This document shows, one piece after another, positions 38,050 through 48,780 of a DNA stretch of 64,000 bases; within the stretch, counting starts at the first letter, position 1; every line of letters begins with the position of its first letter. The position numbers and the translations under genes were made by a program. Location: the IMG/VR virus record IMGVR_UViG_3300010158_000027, positions 217,270 to 281,269 of that record, one strand, 5' to 3'. Under the pieces are notes generated by a model that searched no databases, was not told the origin of the DNA, and saw only the letters and a list, made by a program, of their open reading frames with translations.

Positions 38050-39291
38050 ATGGCAAAAATTATTATAACTGAAAAACAAATGGACTTAATGGTTACACAA
38101 CTATTAAGCGAAGCGGTGGGTGTACCCAAAAGTATTATAGAATCAGCAAGTGAACTGTATGAGATTGTTTTGAGTCAAATAAAAAACTTGGATAGACATG
38201 ACACCAAACAAGTGTTTTACGAAGAAGATTTAAATTTATCGATATCTGATTATATAATTGACGAGTTAGATTTAACGGTAACTATCGACGAAATAGATGG
38301 GTATGATGGACCAGTTGTTATGGCTTCAGCTGGAGTTTCAAATGACTTTACATTTGATAGAAACGTATTAATGAAGGTAAACTATAAAGATAATTCTATT
38401 GACTTATATTTAAATTTCATATCACCAGAAAGTGGATGGGAACCTCAAGAGGTTTATCAATTATTTATTGAGGATAGAGTTAATTTAATATCTATCCTTG
38501 CTCATGAAATGAAACATAAGTTTGATAAACAAAAAAAGCTTGCAGATTTAATAGGTAGTGATGCTGATTACCAAACGTACTCAAGTTCAGGATTGGAGTT
38601 TGGAATTCCAATAATCAATGAGTTTATGAGGTATAGTTATTTTATACAAGGGGTTGAGAATCTTGTTCGACCAACTGAAATGGCAACGAGAATGAAATTA
38701 AATGGTATCACAAGGGATAAATTTAGAGACTTTTTTGAAAACGATAAGGTAATTGTCGAATTAAAACAGATTAGAAATTTTAGTTATGATTATTTGGTTG
38801 AAAAACTAAAAGAACAAATGGATAGAGTAGAAGGGTTATTATCTCATGCGAATGTCCCATACGAAACTATGAGTGAGGATGAAAAAATAGAGGTAGTTAT
38901 GGACATTGTCTATGTTAATTTACTATCCGCTAAAAAAGATAATTTTGATCGTATGACATCAGATGGTAATGAAATGAGGAGGGCTTTAATGAGAAGTTTA
39001 GGTATGGGTAATAACGATGAAGACGAGGGGTTTGATAGTGTAAGAAACAAGTTTTTAAATCATATAAGTAAATACCAAAATAACGTTCACAAGTTTTTTG
39101 TTGATGAATGTGAACGGTTTAATTATGAGGCAACCAAGTTAATTAAAAAGATTTCTAAAATTTATTCATTAATTCCATCGGATAATGAACAAACAAACGA
39201 ATCGATAATTAATTGGGAACTACACCAAAAATTAATGGAAAAAAGATACGGTAAACGAAAAATCGAAACCGACTTTAAATTCAAAAAATAA
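38050..39291 (+). CDS. HExxH-containing protein with KIIITEKQ leader
   Basis: ILAHEMKH motif. Confidence 0.75.
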   Translation: MAKIIITEKQMDLMVTQLLSEAVGVPKSIIESASELYEIVLSQIKNLDRHDTKQVFYEEDLNLSISDYIIDELDLTVTIDEIDGYDGPVVMASAGVSNDFTFDRNVLMKVNYKDNSIDLYLNFISPESGWEPQEVYQLFIEDRVNLISILAHEMKHKFDKQKKLADLIGSDADYQTYSSSGLEFGIPIINEFMRYSYFIQGVENLVRPTEMATRMKLNGITRDKFRDFFENDKVIVELKQIRNFSYDYLVEKLKEQMDRVEGLLSHANVPYETMSEDEKIEVVMDIVYVNLLSAKKDNFDRMTSDGNEMRRALMRSLGMGNNDEDEGFDSVRNKFLNHISKYQNNVHKFFVDECERFNYEATKLIKKISKIYSLIPSDNEQTNESIINWELHQKLMEKRYGKRKIETDFKFKK

Positions 39292-39408
39292 TAGTTAATT
39301 ACTAATATGTTAACCTATACCTTTTGATTCTAAATATCTATTCTCAACAATTAAGTTTATTTTCTTAAAGTTTTTAAGTTTATCTGATTTTCTCATAATT
39401 TTTTTTTA

Positions 39409-41718
39409 TTATCCTATTTTAATTAATGTTAATACTCTATTATATAATGTCCAATCATTAGTATTTGTGTTTGTTCTATAATATGGTGCAACTGCTGTTG
39501 AACCATTCGCAGTTAAAATCCATTGTGTAGCTACAGAACCACGTTGAGAATGATTACCAAAATTACTTACCCTAACAGTGGTTGCTGTTTGTATTGAAGC
39601 ACCATAAAATATAGCAACATCAATCCAATCATTAATGTTAGTTGATGTTTCAATATCGCTTGTAAAATTAACTAAATACGTTCCAGCAGCTGGGGTTATT
39701 GAGATATTAGGAAAAACTGTATATGATGTGTCTCCAACAGCAACAGAAGTTGTTGAAGAATCTATATAATTTGTTAATGATGAACTAGATGGAGATGACC
39801 AAGTTCCATTACCACTAGCATCTGAAGTTAATACATAACCAACAGTTCCACCTGATGATATTTGTATCGTACTTGTTACGGTTTTACCACTAACAACTAA
39901 TTTATCAGATGGTGAAGACACCCCAATACCAACATTACCTGTTGGACTAACTACAAAAGGTGATGCGTCTGGATTTGTTGAATCCTCAACAACCAATGCA
40001 TTGCCAGAACCAGTTTGTGTGATTCTAACAAGGTCAGAAGATGAATTACCACTAAACCATGATTGGGTCCCACCACTCACTATAATGTTACCATTTACTG
40101 TTAAACCTGTCATTGTATTAAACAATGTACTAAACGTACCACCAGTATTATTAGTATAAGTAAATGTATTATTTGAATATGTACTACCAGTTACACGTAT
40201 ATCTGTTGGTAAATTACTATAAGTTGTGGCTGATATTGTTGTAGCTGTTAATGCTTTTATTGATGTAGTACCAGTTACTGTTAAATTTCCATTTACTGTT
40301 AAACCACTTACAGTATTAAACAATGTACTAAACGTACCACCAGTATTATTAGTATAAGTAAATGTATTATTTGAATATGTACTACCAGTTACACGTACAT
40401 CTAAAGGTAAACCTTGATATGTCGTTGCTGATATTGTTGTAGCTGTTAATGCTTTTATTGATGTAGTACCAGTTACTGTTAAATTTCCATTTACTGTTAA
40501 GCCACTTACAGTATTAAATAATGTATTAAATGTACCCCCAGAATTATTGGTGTAAGTAAATGTATTATTTGAATAAGTACCACCAGTTATACGTACATCT
40601 AAAGGTAAACCTTGATATGTCGTTGCTGATATTGTTGGTACATATAATGTCCCAGACATAGTATCACCACTTTTATTTAATTTTGTAGTTAAATTAGATT
40701 GAATTATTTGTATAGTACTACAACCACTTAAATTTTCACAATTTAATGCACTACTACTACTAAATGGTGTTATACAATATGAATAATGGTTTGAACCTTC
40801 ACTAAATAATGTTATTGTTTTAGTTGAAAAACCAGTATTTGTTGCATTAACTTTAATTAATATTCTATCACTTGAATTGATAGAACAACCACTAAAATAA
40901 CCATCTGTTAATATCATTGTAACATTTGGTGACTCTAAAATGTTATCTGTAGGGTCTGTTGAAAAAAGATATGTTTCACTACCACCACTTGCTCTAATAT
41001 AAACATCACAATATAAATCAAAATTAGCACTTGAATCCTCTTTATATGTGTGTAAATAAAAACTCCAATACGCTGCCGGTATTAATGAAGTGTTTGGATA
41101 TCCGACAGGAGTTAAAAAAGATTCTATTGTTGAACTAGTTCCACTAGGTATAGATACAGTTGCGAATTGTTCACCACTATTTGATTCGATAGGACTGAAT
41201 TCTTTATACGGTGATTGTGTTTGTGATATGTTTAAATAATAAACTTGACCACCTGCACCACCAATTGGTAAACCATTAACGGTAAAATTATTATCAGCAT
41301 TATTTCTAAACGTTATTTCTCCATTGGTATACGTACCACCAGTAACAAAAACATCTAAAGGTAAATTTTGATAGGTTGTTGCCGATATTGTATTAACATT
41401 GATGGAATCTAAACTGGTTGTCCCTGTAACGGTTAAATTTCCATTTATGGTTAAACCTGTTAATGAATTTATCGACGCACTAAAGGTACTACCTGAGTTA
41501 TCGTATAAGGTAAATGTGTTTTCATTATATGTGAATCCTGTGATGGTAGCATTAGTACTGGCAGAAACGGAACTTAAAACGTAATTTTTTAAATCAGTTA
41601 TTTTAGTGTTTTTAGTGGTACCTTCAGCCACATCATAATTCACTAAAACAAGTAAATCGTTTAGTGTGTACCCCGAACTACCAACGTAGTCCAATTCTGA
41701 TATTAATCTATCTTCCAT
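39409..41718 (-). CDS. Thr/Gly/Ser-rich fibre-like structural protein
   Basis: 769 aa, internal 66-aa repeats, GNVGIG..SPS.KL motif. Confidence 0.7.
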   Translation of the reverse strand: MEDRLISELDYVGSSGYTLNDLLVLVNYDVAEGTTKNTKITDLKNYVLSSVSASTNATITGFTYNENTFTLYDNSGSTFSASINSLTGLTINGNLTVTGTTSLDSINVNTISATTYQNLPLDVFVTGGTYTNGEITFRNNADNNFTVNGLPIGGAGGQVYYLNISQTQSPYKEFSPIESNSGEQFATVSIPSGTSSTIESFLTPVGYPNTSLIPAAYWSFYLHTYKEDSSANFDLYCDVYIRASGGSETYLFSTDPTDNILESPNVTMILTDGYFSGCSINSSDRILIKVNATNTGFSTKTITLFSEGSNHYSYCITPFSSSSALNCENLSGCSTIQIIQSNLTTKLNKSGDTMSGTLYVPTISATTYQGLPLDVRITGGTYSNNTFTYTNNSGGTFNTLFNTVSGLTVNGNLTVTGTTSIKALTATTISATTYQGLPLDVRVTGSTYSNNTFTYTNNTGGTFSTLFNTVSGLTVNGNLTVTGTTSIKALTATTISATTYSNLPTDIRVTGSTYSNNTFTYTNNTGGTFSTLFNTMTGLTVNGNIIVSGGTQSWFSGNSSSDLVRITQTGSGNALVVEDSTNPDASPFVVSPTGNVGIGVSSPSDKLVVSGKTVTSTIQISSGGTVGYVLTSDASGNGTWSSPSSSSLTNYIDSSTTSVAVGDTSYTVFPNISITPAAGTYLVNFTSDIETSTNINDWIDVAIFYGASIQTATTVRVSNFGNHSQRGSVATQWILTANGSTAVAPYYRTNTNTNDWTLYNRVLTLIKIG
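40091..40637 (-). repeat. intragenic tandem repeat, 198-bp unit, ~2.8 copies
   Basis: CCATTTACTGTTAA at 40091, 40289, 40487. Confidence 0.85.
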
Positions 41719-41722
41719 TTTT

Positions 41723-42025
41723 TTAACTATTTAAACCATTAAATCCGCCAATTTGAACTGAGTTACATTGATTGACGTTATTATTTTCACCATCCGTCCA
41801 TTTAGGTTTTGGTGTGTTATATGTTACCATTTCCCCCTCATAGGTGATTTCACCCGTTATTTCCGATATGGTTTGTCCTGTCACTAAAAACCCGGTGACT
41901 TCCGTACGGTAATATTGGTATTTACAACCAACATCGTTACCCGTCCTTTTATATATTAATCTAAATAACCCATTTTGAGTTACAATTTTTTTTAAATTTT
42001 GAGTTAAAATTTTATATGTCGACAT
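41723..42025 (-). CDS. hypothetical protein
   Basis: Upstream of the fibre gene; TATTTATA on minus strand. Confidence 0.7.
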   Translation of the reverse strand: MSTYKILTQNLKKIVTQNGLFRLIYKRTGNDVGCKYQYYRTEVTGFLVTGQTISEITGEITYEGEMVTYNTPKPKWTDGENNNVNQCNSVQIGGFNGLNS

Positions 42026-42094
42026 TTACGAAAAATTTTAATATAAATACTTTTATAAATAGTTTTATCCAAATTAGTTTCATATATTTGTTCT

Positions 42095-42268
42095 ATGAAA
42101 AAACCTTGCAAAGAGTGTCCCCACTTTATACGTAATCGTAACAACGATACTATTGTTGATTTTGCTGAGAGAACCGGTAAGAAACACAATTGTCATATGA
42201 CTGAAGGAAAAAAAGATTTGTGGAATGTAACGGATAAAAAATTGGAATGTTATGGAAGTAAAAACTAA
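42095..42268 (+). CDS. small Cys/His protein (57 aa)
   Basis: MKKPCKECP...HNCH...C after TATATTTG box. Confidence 0.6.
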   Translation: MKKPCKECPHFIRNRNNDTIVDFAERTGKKHNCHMTEGKKDLWNVTDKKLECYGSKN

Positions 42269-42566
42269 ATTTGGAACCTATATAGAAATGGAAACAGAAA
42301 CAAGTACAAAGAAAACTGGTGATAAGATCACAGTATTCGTTGAAAGATTGAAAAAAATTGGAATTGAAGTAAACCTTGCTGGTAACTATCCCTGGATTTA
42401 TATTAATGATATCTGTGGTAAAAGAGTTACTGAAACATTCGAGGGGAATCATGGGTTTACTTTAATCTTTCTTCCAGGAAGAAATGACAGTCCACCATCT
42501 GAATTTACAGATATTGGAGAAATATTCAAACTAATACGAAAGTACGCTGAACAAAAAAATGGATAA
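42252..42566 (+). CDS. hypothetical protein
   Basis: 104-aa ORF. Confidence 0.7.
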   Translation: MEVKTKFGTYIEMETETSTKKTGDKITVFVERLKKIGIEVNLAGNYPWIYINDICGKRVTETFEGNHGFTLIFLPGRNDSPPSEFTDIGEIFKLIRKYAEQKNG

Positions 42567-43113
42567 CATGGAAAAAAATAACATTGATATTTCTAACCTT
42601 ACAATTGATGAGTTAGTATCATTAAGAGAAGACATAAATGATCGGATTCGCGACTACGAGGATGGGTTTATCTATATCTGTAATGTCCGTTCGTATGGTA
42701 GAAATTGGAAGGAACATCCTAAAAATGCTGCCAATCTACAGGAACTTTGTTATCAATATTACGGAGAAGACGGTATCGTTGATATATTCACAACAAATCC
42801 TAATCTAGAAATCGACAATTACGGAGGAACGTATTTTATTGAATCGGAAGAAGATTATACTAAATGGAAAACGTATACCAATGAGGGTAGTTACATTAAA
42901 GGTGTTGAAGTCGATTGGGAAAGGTTGGATGAGTGGATTTCTTCGAAAGGTGATGCGGTTAGGGATTGGCATGGAGGATATCGTCCATCCGAACCTCTCA
43001 CATCGAAAGAGGAACTCCAATTGATGAAAGAAGATCATTCAAATAGGGTTATTGATTTCATCGAACCAAAATCGTTTAATAATTATTCGAATGATGACGA
43101 TGATGTTGAGTAA
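42559..43113 (+). CDS. hypothetical protein
   Basis: 184-aa ORF. Confidence 0.7.
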   Translation: MDNMEKNNIDISNLTIDELVSLREDINDRIRDYEDGFIYICNVRSYGRNWKEHPKNAANLQELCYQYYGEDGIVDIFTTNPNLEIDNYGGTYFIESEEDYTKWKTYTNEGSYIKGVEVDWERLDEWISSKGDAVRDWHGGYRPSEPLTSKEELQLMKEDHSNRVIDFIEPKSFNNYSNDDDDVE

Positions 43114-43183
43114 TTGAAAAACATTTAGTATATTTGTAACATGAAACATTTATCAGTGAGTATAAATTTAAAACTTGGAAGTC

Positions 43184-44317
43184 ATGGAAAATCAAAATAG
43201 TGTTGCGTATGTAGGAAAAATAGGTTCGGTGGTTGAAATACCAGGAGCTGACAACATAGAATTGGTGACTGTCGGTGGGTGGAATGCCATAACCAAAAAG
43301 GGTGAATACCAGATTGGCGATAAAATGGTTGTTGCTACTACAGATGCGGTAATACCACAAGCGTTATCTGACTTGATGGAAGTTACTAACTACCTTCGTA
43401 AAGGTCAAAGAGTTCGTACAGTAAAACTTCGTGGAGTTTACTCTGAGTGTTTGTTAATACCATTCAAATTTTTGTCACCAAAATCTTTGGAAAGTAATGT
43501 TAATGATGGTGACGACATGATGGGGATATTGGGTATTGTTAAATACGAACCACCAGTAAAAACCGTTCAGTTGAGTGTTGGGGGACGTAAAGTAAAATAC
43601 CACCAAAATCCCAACTTCAAGGTGTATCACAAATTCCCTAATCAAAAAAACGTACCTGATATGTTCAATGAGGAAGATGAGGTTGTAATCACTCGTAAAC
43701 TACACGGAACAAATTCCAGATATGGAATTGTGAGAAAGAAAAGACTTTCTTTATTGGATCGTGTTAAAATCTTTTTTGGTAATAAATGGGCGGGATTCGA
43801 GTTTGTAATGGGTAGTCATAACGTTGAGAAAGGTTCCGACTCACAAGGATTCTACGATACTGACGTATGGAAAACAATTGCTGAAAACTACAGAATACGA
43901 GGTAATTTATGGAAACACGTAAAGGACACATACGAACCATACGACTTATCTGAAGGTGTTATTATATATGGTGAAATCTACGGGGCTGGTATACAAAAAA
44001 ACTATGACTATGGTTTAACCGATATAGAATTTGCGGGGTTCGATGTTGAAGTTGATGGTACTTACCAATCACACATAAATGAAATGGTACACTTCAATTG
44101 CTTAGATTTACCACAGGTTGAAGTGTTGTATCGTGGTAATTGGGATAAGGGAATACAAGATAATTTTGTGTTTGATAATTTCATAGAGGGAACTAAAGTA
44201 CCACACGAAGGTATAGTTGTAAAATCTGTAACAGGTGTTCGTTCTAAGGTTTCCAAAGTGATAAACCCTGGATATTTAATAGCGAGTGAAAAACATAATT
44301 ACGGTGATTCACATTGA
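43184..44317 (+). CDS. RNA ligase, DRB0094/Rnl5 family
   Basis: N-terminal OB-like IPGADNIE...VKLRGVYSE; motif I KLHGTN, GEIYG.GIQ, FD, EGIVVK, KVIN..Y. Confidence 0.88.
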   Translation: MENQNSVAYVGKIGSVVEIPGADNIELVTVGGWNAITKKGEYQIGDKMVVATTDAVIPQALSDLMEVTNYLRKGQRVRTVKLRGVYSECLLIPFKFLSPKSLESNVNDGDDMMGILGIVKYEPPVKTVQLSVGGRKVKYHQNPNFKVYHKFPNQKNVPDMFNEEDEVVITRKLHGTNSRYGIVRKKRLSLLDRVKIFFGNKWAGFEFVMGSHNVEKGSDSQGFYDTDVWKTIAENYRIRGNLWKHVKDTYEPYDLSEGVIIYGEIYGAGIQKNYDYGLTDIEFAGFDVEVDGTYQSHINEMVHFNCLDLPQVEVLYRGNWDKGIQDNFVFDNFIEGTKVPHEGIVVKSVTGVRSKVSKVINPGYLIASEKHNYGDSH

Positions 44318-44358
44318 TAGATTCACTTTTATTAATTAACTTTACAAAAAAATGAAAT

Positions 44359-44625
44359 ATGGGATGGATTAGCGTTGATGTTGACTTGAGCGATGTTTGG
44401 AGTGGAATGGATAGAAGTGACAAAAGAAATATGGCGGAATGGTTATATGATGATGGAAGTTTAGGTTCACACCCAAATCCTGAAATACGAAGACTGGTGA
44501 GGGGTGATGAGGAATCGAACGGTGAAAAAGAGTTAAGAGATAATCTATCGAAGTTATGGAATGGACATTATCAATTAACAAACGAAGAGGAGAATTTAAT
44601 AAAACAAATAGCAAATAGATTATGA
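44359..44625 (+). CDS. hypothetical protein
   Basis: 88-aa ORF. Confidence 0.7.
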   Translation: MGWISVDVDLSDVWSGMDRSDKRNMAEWLYDDGSLGSHPNPEIRRLVRGDEESNGEKELRDNLSKLWNGHYQLTNEEENLIKQIANRL

Positions 44626-44858
44626 TGTCAAGAGAAATTATTTATGGTGTGTGTGATAAAACTGGAAATTGTGATTCATATTTTGGGTTCTTTAAACATG
44701 AAGATGACGCAAAAAAAGAAGTCAAAATCCAAGCAGATAGAATGAAAGAGGACTTAGGTATTATGGATATTGTCGTAAAAGACGGTAGGGCTGTCACTAT
44801 GGAAACTGATAAACTTGAAAAAATATTAATTATAATACACGGTTATGTTATTAGATGA
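44622..44858 (+). CDS. hypothetical protein
   Basis: Overlapping operon ORF. Confidence 0.65.
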   Translation: MMSREIIYGVCDKTGNCDSYFGFFKHEDDAKKEVKIQADRMKEDLGIMDIVVKDGRAVTMETDKLEKILIIIHGYVIR

Positions 44859-45075
44859 CGAAAAAAAACCTTTAGGGTTAAAGGTGAGCGATTTTATCAC
44901 CACAAATATAATTTGGTACTTATTATTCTCTTTAATATATTGGGATTTTAACGTAACTAATTGGTGGTTAGTTCAGAGTGCATGGGGTAGATTTATTCTG
45001 ATTATTATGGAATATGGTATAATGAGAACCTCCTTTAATGAAAAAAGAAACGGAAAAAAAGATGGAAAAATTTAA
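44845..45075 (+). CDS. small membrane protein
   Basis: Two hydrophobic segments. Confidence 0.55.
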   Translation: MLLDDEKKPLGLKVSDFITTNIIWYLLFSLIYWDFNVTNWWLVQSAWGRFILIIMEYGIMRTSFNEKRNGKKDGKI

Positions 45076-45268
45076 AATTTATGCAAGATTTGCCAATGAC
45101 ATGGCGTATTACAGTAGAATAAACATTAATGTCGAAAGTTTAAAAGATCCACATATACTTGCAGAAGAAGTTTTCTGTACTGTTGATGGTGTTAGAATTG
45201 CGATAAAAAGAAAAGATTGGGACGATTTAAACAATCACATCCTGGAGGAGTATGAACTAAATAATTAA
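45062..45268 (+). CDS. hypothetical protein
   Basis: ATG at 45062. Confidence 0.55.
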   Translation: MEKFKIYARFANDMAYYSRININVESLKDPHILAEEVFCTVDGVRIAIKRKDWDDLNNHILEEYELNN

Positions 45269-45277
45269 AAAATAGTC

Positions 45278-46216
45278 ATGAAACATTTAAATACCAACAA
45301 TAGAATTTCAGATGAAGATTATAATGAGATGCTTAATGAGGTGACACCAGATTTAGATATACCATCTTGTTGGAGTAATTTAAAAAACGATGAATACGCC
45401 CCAGCATATGTTACAGTACCTAAAGTCCCTGCTGGGGTTTACGAGATTGGTTGGAACTCCAATTTACAATCCCACACATTAAAAAAACAACCATTTAAAA
45501 CCGATGAGTTGTATCATCTACCATCCTACGAGATAACCGACATTTTACTGGATATCGATAATTTTTGGGATCGGGCGGATAACTATAAGAAATACAATTA
45601 TATTCACAAAAGGGGTATTTTAATGTATGGGGAACCTGGATGTGGTAAATCGGGAATCATCCAATTAATTTCACAACAGTTAATTGAAAAGGATGGTATT
45701 GTATTAAATGTTAAAGATGAGGAAGATGTGGACAGATTTACATCATTTATTGCGACATTTAGAAAGGTGGAACCTAACCGACCGTTAGTTGTTTTATTGG
45801 AGGACATCGATTCTTTGGCTGGGGAAAACAGATTTCAAACTGCCAGACTATTAAACATCCTTGATGGTGTAAAACAAATCGATGGTGTGGTATATATCGC
45901 AACGACTAACTACCCTGAAAAATTGCAAGAACGTATCACAAACAGACCCTCACGATTCGATAGACGTTACCAAGTGGAATTACCTAACGAAGAGATTAGA
46001 AGAGCATACATCAACCACAAACTAAATGAGGATGATTTAAAAAATGTTAATATTGAAGAGTGGATTAAAAAAACTGAAGGTATGTCATTGTCACATCTAA
46101 AAGAAGTTGTAATTTCGGTTATAGTTATGGGTCGAAGTTTTGAAGAGACGATGAGTAATCTCGAAGGATTAAAAAGGGCACCAACGATTAAGGGAAATGG
46201 TAAAGTAGGTTTTTAA
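45278..46216 (+). CDS. AAA+ ATPase
   Basis: GEPGCGKS, LLEDID, ATTN, RPSRFD. Confidence 0.9.
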   Translation: MKHLNTNNRISDEDYNEMLNEVTPDLDIPSCWSNLKNDEYAPAYVTVPKVPAGVYEIGWNSNLQSHTLKKQPFKTDELYHLPSYEITDILLDIDNFWDRADNYKKYNYIHKRGILMYGEPGCGKSGIIQLISQQLIEKDGIVLNVKDEEDVDRFTSFIATFRKVEPNRPLVVLLEDIDSLAGENRFQTARLLNILDGVKQIDGVVYIATTNYPEKLQERITNRPSRFDRRYQVELPNEEIRRAYINHKLNEDDLKNVNIEEWIKKTEGMSLSHLKEVVISVIVMGRSFEETMSNLEGLKRAPTIKGNGKVGF

Positions 46217-46381
46217 ATAAAAAAAACGGTATGAGCAGAAATTTTGAAATATTCTTATTGGTAATTTACGGAATTAACATGGTGATGAATATAATGTCAA
46301 AAGATTGGATGGTTGCCAATGGTTGGATTTGCGCGGCATTAGCGCAAGTAAGAGTACTATCTTTAATACGTAAAGATTAAT

Positions 46382-46798
46382 ATGAAACATCACGCAAACT
46401 TTTTTGTTAATAGGTTGGTAACTGAATGGTTAAAGAACGGTAAGATTATAATTGGTTGTGATCTTGATGATACCATCATACCTTACAATGAAGAAATTAA
46501 AGACAACTGTAAAAAAATGGTTAATTTGATTTTGGAATGTCAAGAAGAAGGTATTATATTTTTAATTAACACGGCAAGAAGTGAATACCAATTAGAGAAG
46601 GCTAAACAACAAGTTGAAGAAATGGGTATTATTGTTCACGGAGTTAATAAAATGCATGATGAGTGGGATAAACCATACGGTGTGAATGGTAAATTATATG
46701 CTAACATTTTTTTAGATGATAGGGGGGGATTTTGGGACACGTATCGGACATTAACTACCGCACTAACAATAGTTAAACAGGAAAGGAAAAAACTATGA
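46382..46798 (+). CDS. HAD-superfamily protein
   Basis: DLDDT, TAR, K.YA..FLDDR. Confidence 0.75.
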   Translation: MKHHANFFVNRLVTEWLKNGKIIIGCDLDDTIIPYNEEIKDNCKKMVNLILECQEEGIIFLINTARSEYQLEKAKQQVEEMGIIVHGVNKMHDEWDKPYGVNGKLYANIFLDDRGGFWDTYRTLTTALTIVKQERKKL

Positions 46799-47373
46799 AA
46801 TTGATTTTTTTGGATCACGACGGAGTTATTGCTCTTTCCAACAATTGGGGAGGACGAACAAAGAAATTTGCGAAGTATCGTTCATCGAATCCCGATTCTA
46901 GTAAAAATATTAACGATGCTCCAGTGACTTTTCGTTTTGATGATTTTGATAAAAAGGCAATTAAAATCCTTAACAAGATACTCGAAGAAACGGGGGCGGA
47001 AATTGTTGTATCATCAGATTGGAAACTATATGCGACATTAGAAGAGCTTGGTGAATATTATGAAGAGCAAGGAATTATTAAAAAACCAATTGCGTTAACT
47101 GATAACTTAAAAGATTGTACCGTACATGGTGATGATTTTATATGGTCGACAATGTGGGATTCGGAACAAATGCGAACAATTGAAATAAAACAATATCTTC
47201 ACGATCATCCTGAAGTAACACATTGGGTGGCTATTGATGATTTAAATATGGGTAAAATTGGTGAGCCATGGAAAGATTTATGGGCGATAGATAATTTTGT
47301 GTTAACTCCGAAGTCTAACGAGGGGATAAAACAATTGGGTATTAAAGAAAAGATTTTAAACTACTTAGGGTGA
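46795..47373 (+). CDS. HAD domain protein (Swiss-army-knife RNA repair type)
   Basis: IFLDHDGV, VVSSDW, WVAIDD. Confidence 0.8.
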   Translation: MKLIFLDHDGVIALSNNWGGRTKKFAKYRSSNPDSSKNINDAPVTFRFDDFDKKAIKILNKILEETGAEIVVSSDWKLYATLEELGEYYEEQGIIKKPIALTDNLKDCTVHGDDFIWSTMWDSEQMRTIEIKQYLHDHPEVTHWVAIDDLNMGKIGEPWKDLWAIDNFVLTPKSNEGIKQLGIKEKILNYLG

Positions 47374-47684
47374 AAAATATAAAACAAATATTCAAAGGTA
47401 ATGAGCATCTAATGGATTTAAGTCCTGTTGAAGAGTTAATTGATTATACCCAAGAACTTGAAGGACAAACATTGGAAAGAAAAGTTGAAGATAACTACGA
47501 TAAAGAACATATGTTAAAATCGATGTTACAGGATATTTTAAGTAGTTGTCGTGATATGGAAGATACAAATCAATTGGCTGACAGATATCCTGGTATGTAT
47601 GAAAAAAGTGATGCGGAATCTTTAGTTAAAAACTTAAAGACTTATATTTTGGATATGAACTATAAAAATAAATTAGGCATATGA
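47370..47684 (+). CDS. hypothetical protein
   Basis: GTG start overlapping the previous stop. Confidence 0.65.
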   Translation: MKNIKQIFKGNEHLMDLSPVEELIDYTQELEGQTLERKVEDNYDKEHMLKSMLQDILSSCRDMEDTNQLADRYPGMYEKSDAESLVKNLKTYILDMNYKNKLGI

Positions 47685-47714
47685 AGGAAATAAAAACATT
47701 AATAAAATTAAGAA

Positions 47715-48032
47715 ATGAAAGAAATATTTAAATTATTTGTAGTTAAAGAGGAGCCGTACCTAACAATCGATGAGGATGTTATTATTGGTGATAAAGCGAT
47801 TGTGACAGTAAATGGAATGTTCCCAAGTTTGGTTGATTGTGCCAATAATGAGCAGATAGGTTTATTTCAAAATCCGATAACAACAATGACAAAAAGACAT
47901 AAAGTGGTTATGGGTCCTAGCGATTTCACAATAGAATCGGGGATTAAAGAACAATTAATCATGAGTGAAACATCTATTAATGTTGGATTTGAGAATGGTG
48001 AAGTAATCTTTATCGATAAAGGTGCGATATAA
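47715..48032 (+). CDS. hypothetical protein
   Basis: 105-aa ORF. Confidence 0.65.
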   Translation: MKEIFKLFVVKEEPYLTIDEDVIIGDKAIVTVNGMFPSLVDCANNEQIGLFQNPITTMTKRHKVVMGPSDFTIESGIKEQLIMSETSINVGFENGEVIFIDKGAI

Positions 48033-48055
48033 AGATTCGTTCGTATTTATAATGT

Positions 48056-48412
48056 ATGTCAATTGGAAACGCGGTAAAAAGTTATGTTAGAGAATTTTAT
48101 GAGGTAACGTATTACCCCAAAAAAAAACAAATAGTATTACATGATGAAATTGAATCACATAATAAAAAGACTTTTATTGATATCGGCAGCGTTGGTGGAG
48201 TTAAGATAACATTATGTTGGGGTAAAATTGAAGAAGTTACTGGGATTCAATACCACCACAAGGAATTTCAAACAGAATTAAATAAATTATTTTTTGACTT
48301 AATAATGGAAAAAAAGGCAAAAGATTTTTTTAAATTACTACTGGATGAAGGTATTCCAGTCAATTTAGAGTTTAAAGATGTGATTAATGAGTTCACATTA
48401 TTAAATGAATAG
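48056..48412 (+). CDS. hypothetical protein
   Basis: TATTTATA upstream. Confidence 0.7.
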   Translation: MSIGNAVKSYVREFYEVTYYPKKKQIVLHDEIESHNKKTFIDIGSVGGVKITLCWGKIEEVTGIQYHHKEFQTELNKLFFDLIMEKKAKDFFKLLLDEGIPVNLEFKDVINEFTLLNE

Positions 48413-48424
48413 ATATTTATAAAT

Positions 48425-48778
48425 ATGGTACGTAAAGTTTTAATAACCGAAGAAGAAAAAAACGATATATCTGATCAATACAACGATATTGATAGATCCA
48501 TTTTAAATTTCCTTTTAAGGCGGTTAGAAAAAAAAGAAAGACAAATTGGTGAAGATCCCCCAATGAATGTTATTGAGATATCATTTAAGGGATTACCGGG
48601 TTATGGGTTCAATAATTTTCATGGTCGAAAATCGATGGAAAAAAAAGTTATCGATATGTTAACGGACAAAGAGGTGATTGATTTGGGAGAATATAATCCA
48701 AGTACTTTAGATACAAATAGACAAAAGGTTATTAAAACGATTAGACAGTTTTTAAATTTTGTAATGCCAAAAAGATAA
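48425..48778 (+). CDS. hypothetical protein with LITEEE leader
   Basis: TATTTATA upstream. Confidence 0.7.
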   Translation: MVRKVLITEEEKNDISDQYNDIDRSILNFLLRRLEKKERQIGEDPPMNVIEISFKGLPGYGFNNFHGRKSMEKKVIDMLTDKEVIDLGEYNPSTLDTNRQKVIKTIRQFLNFVMPKR

Positions 48779-48780
48779 CA

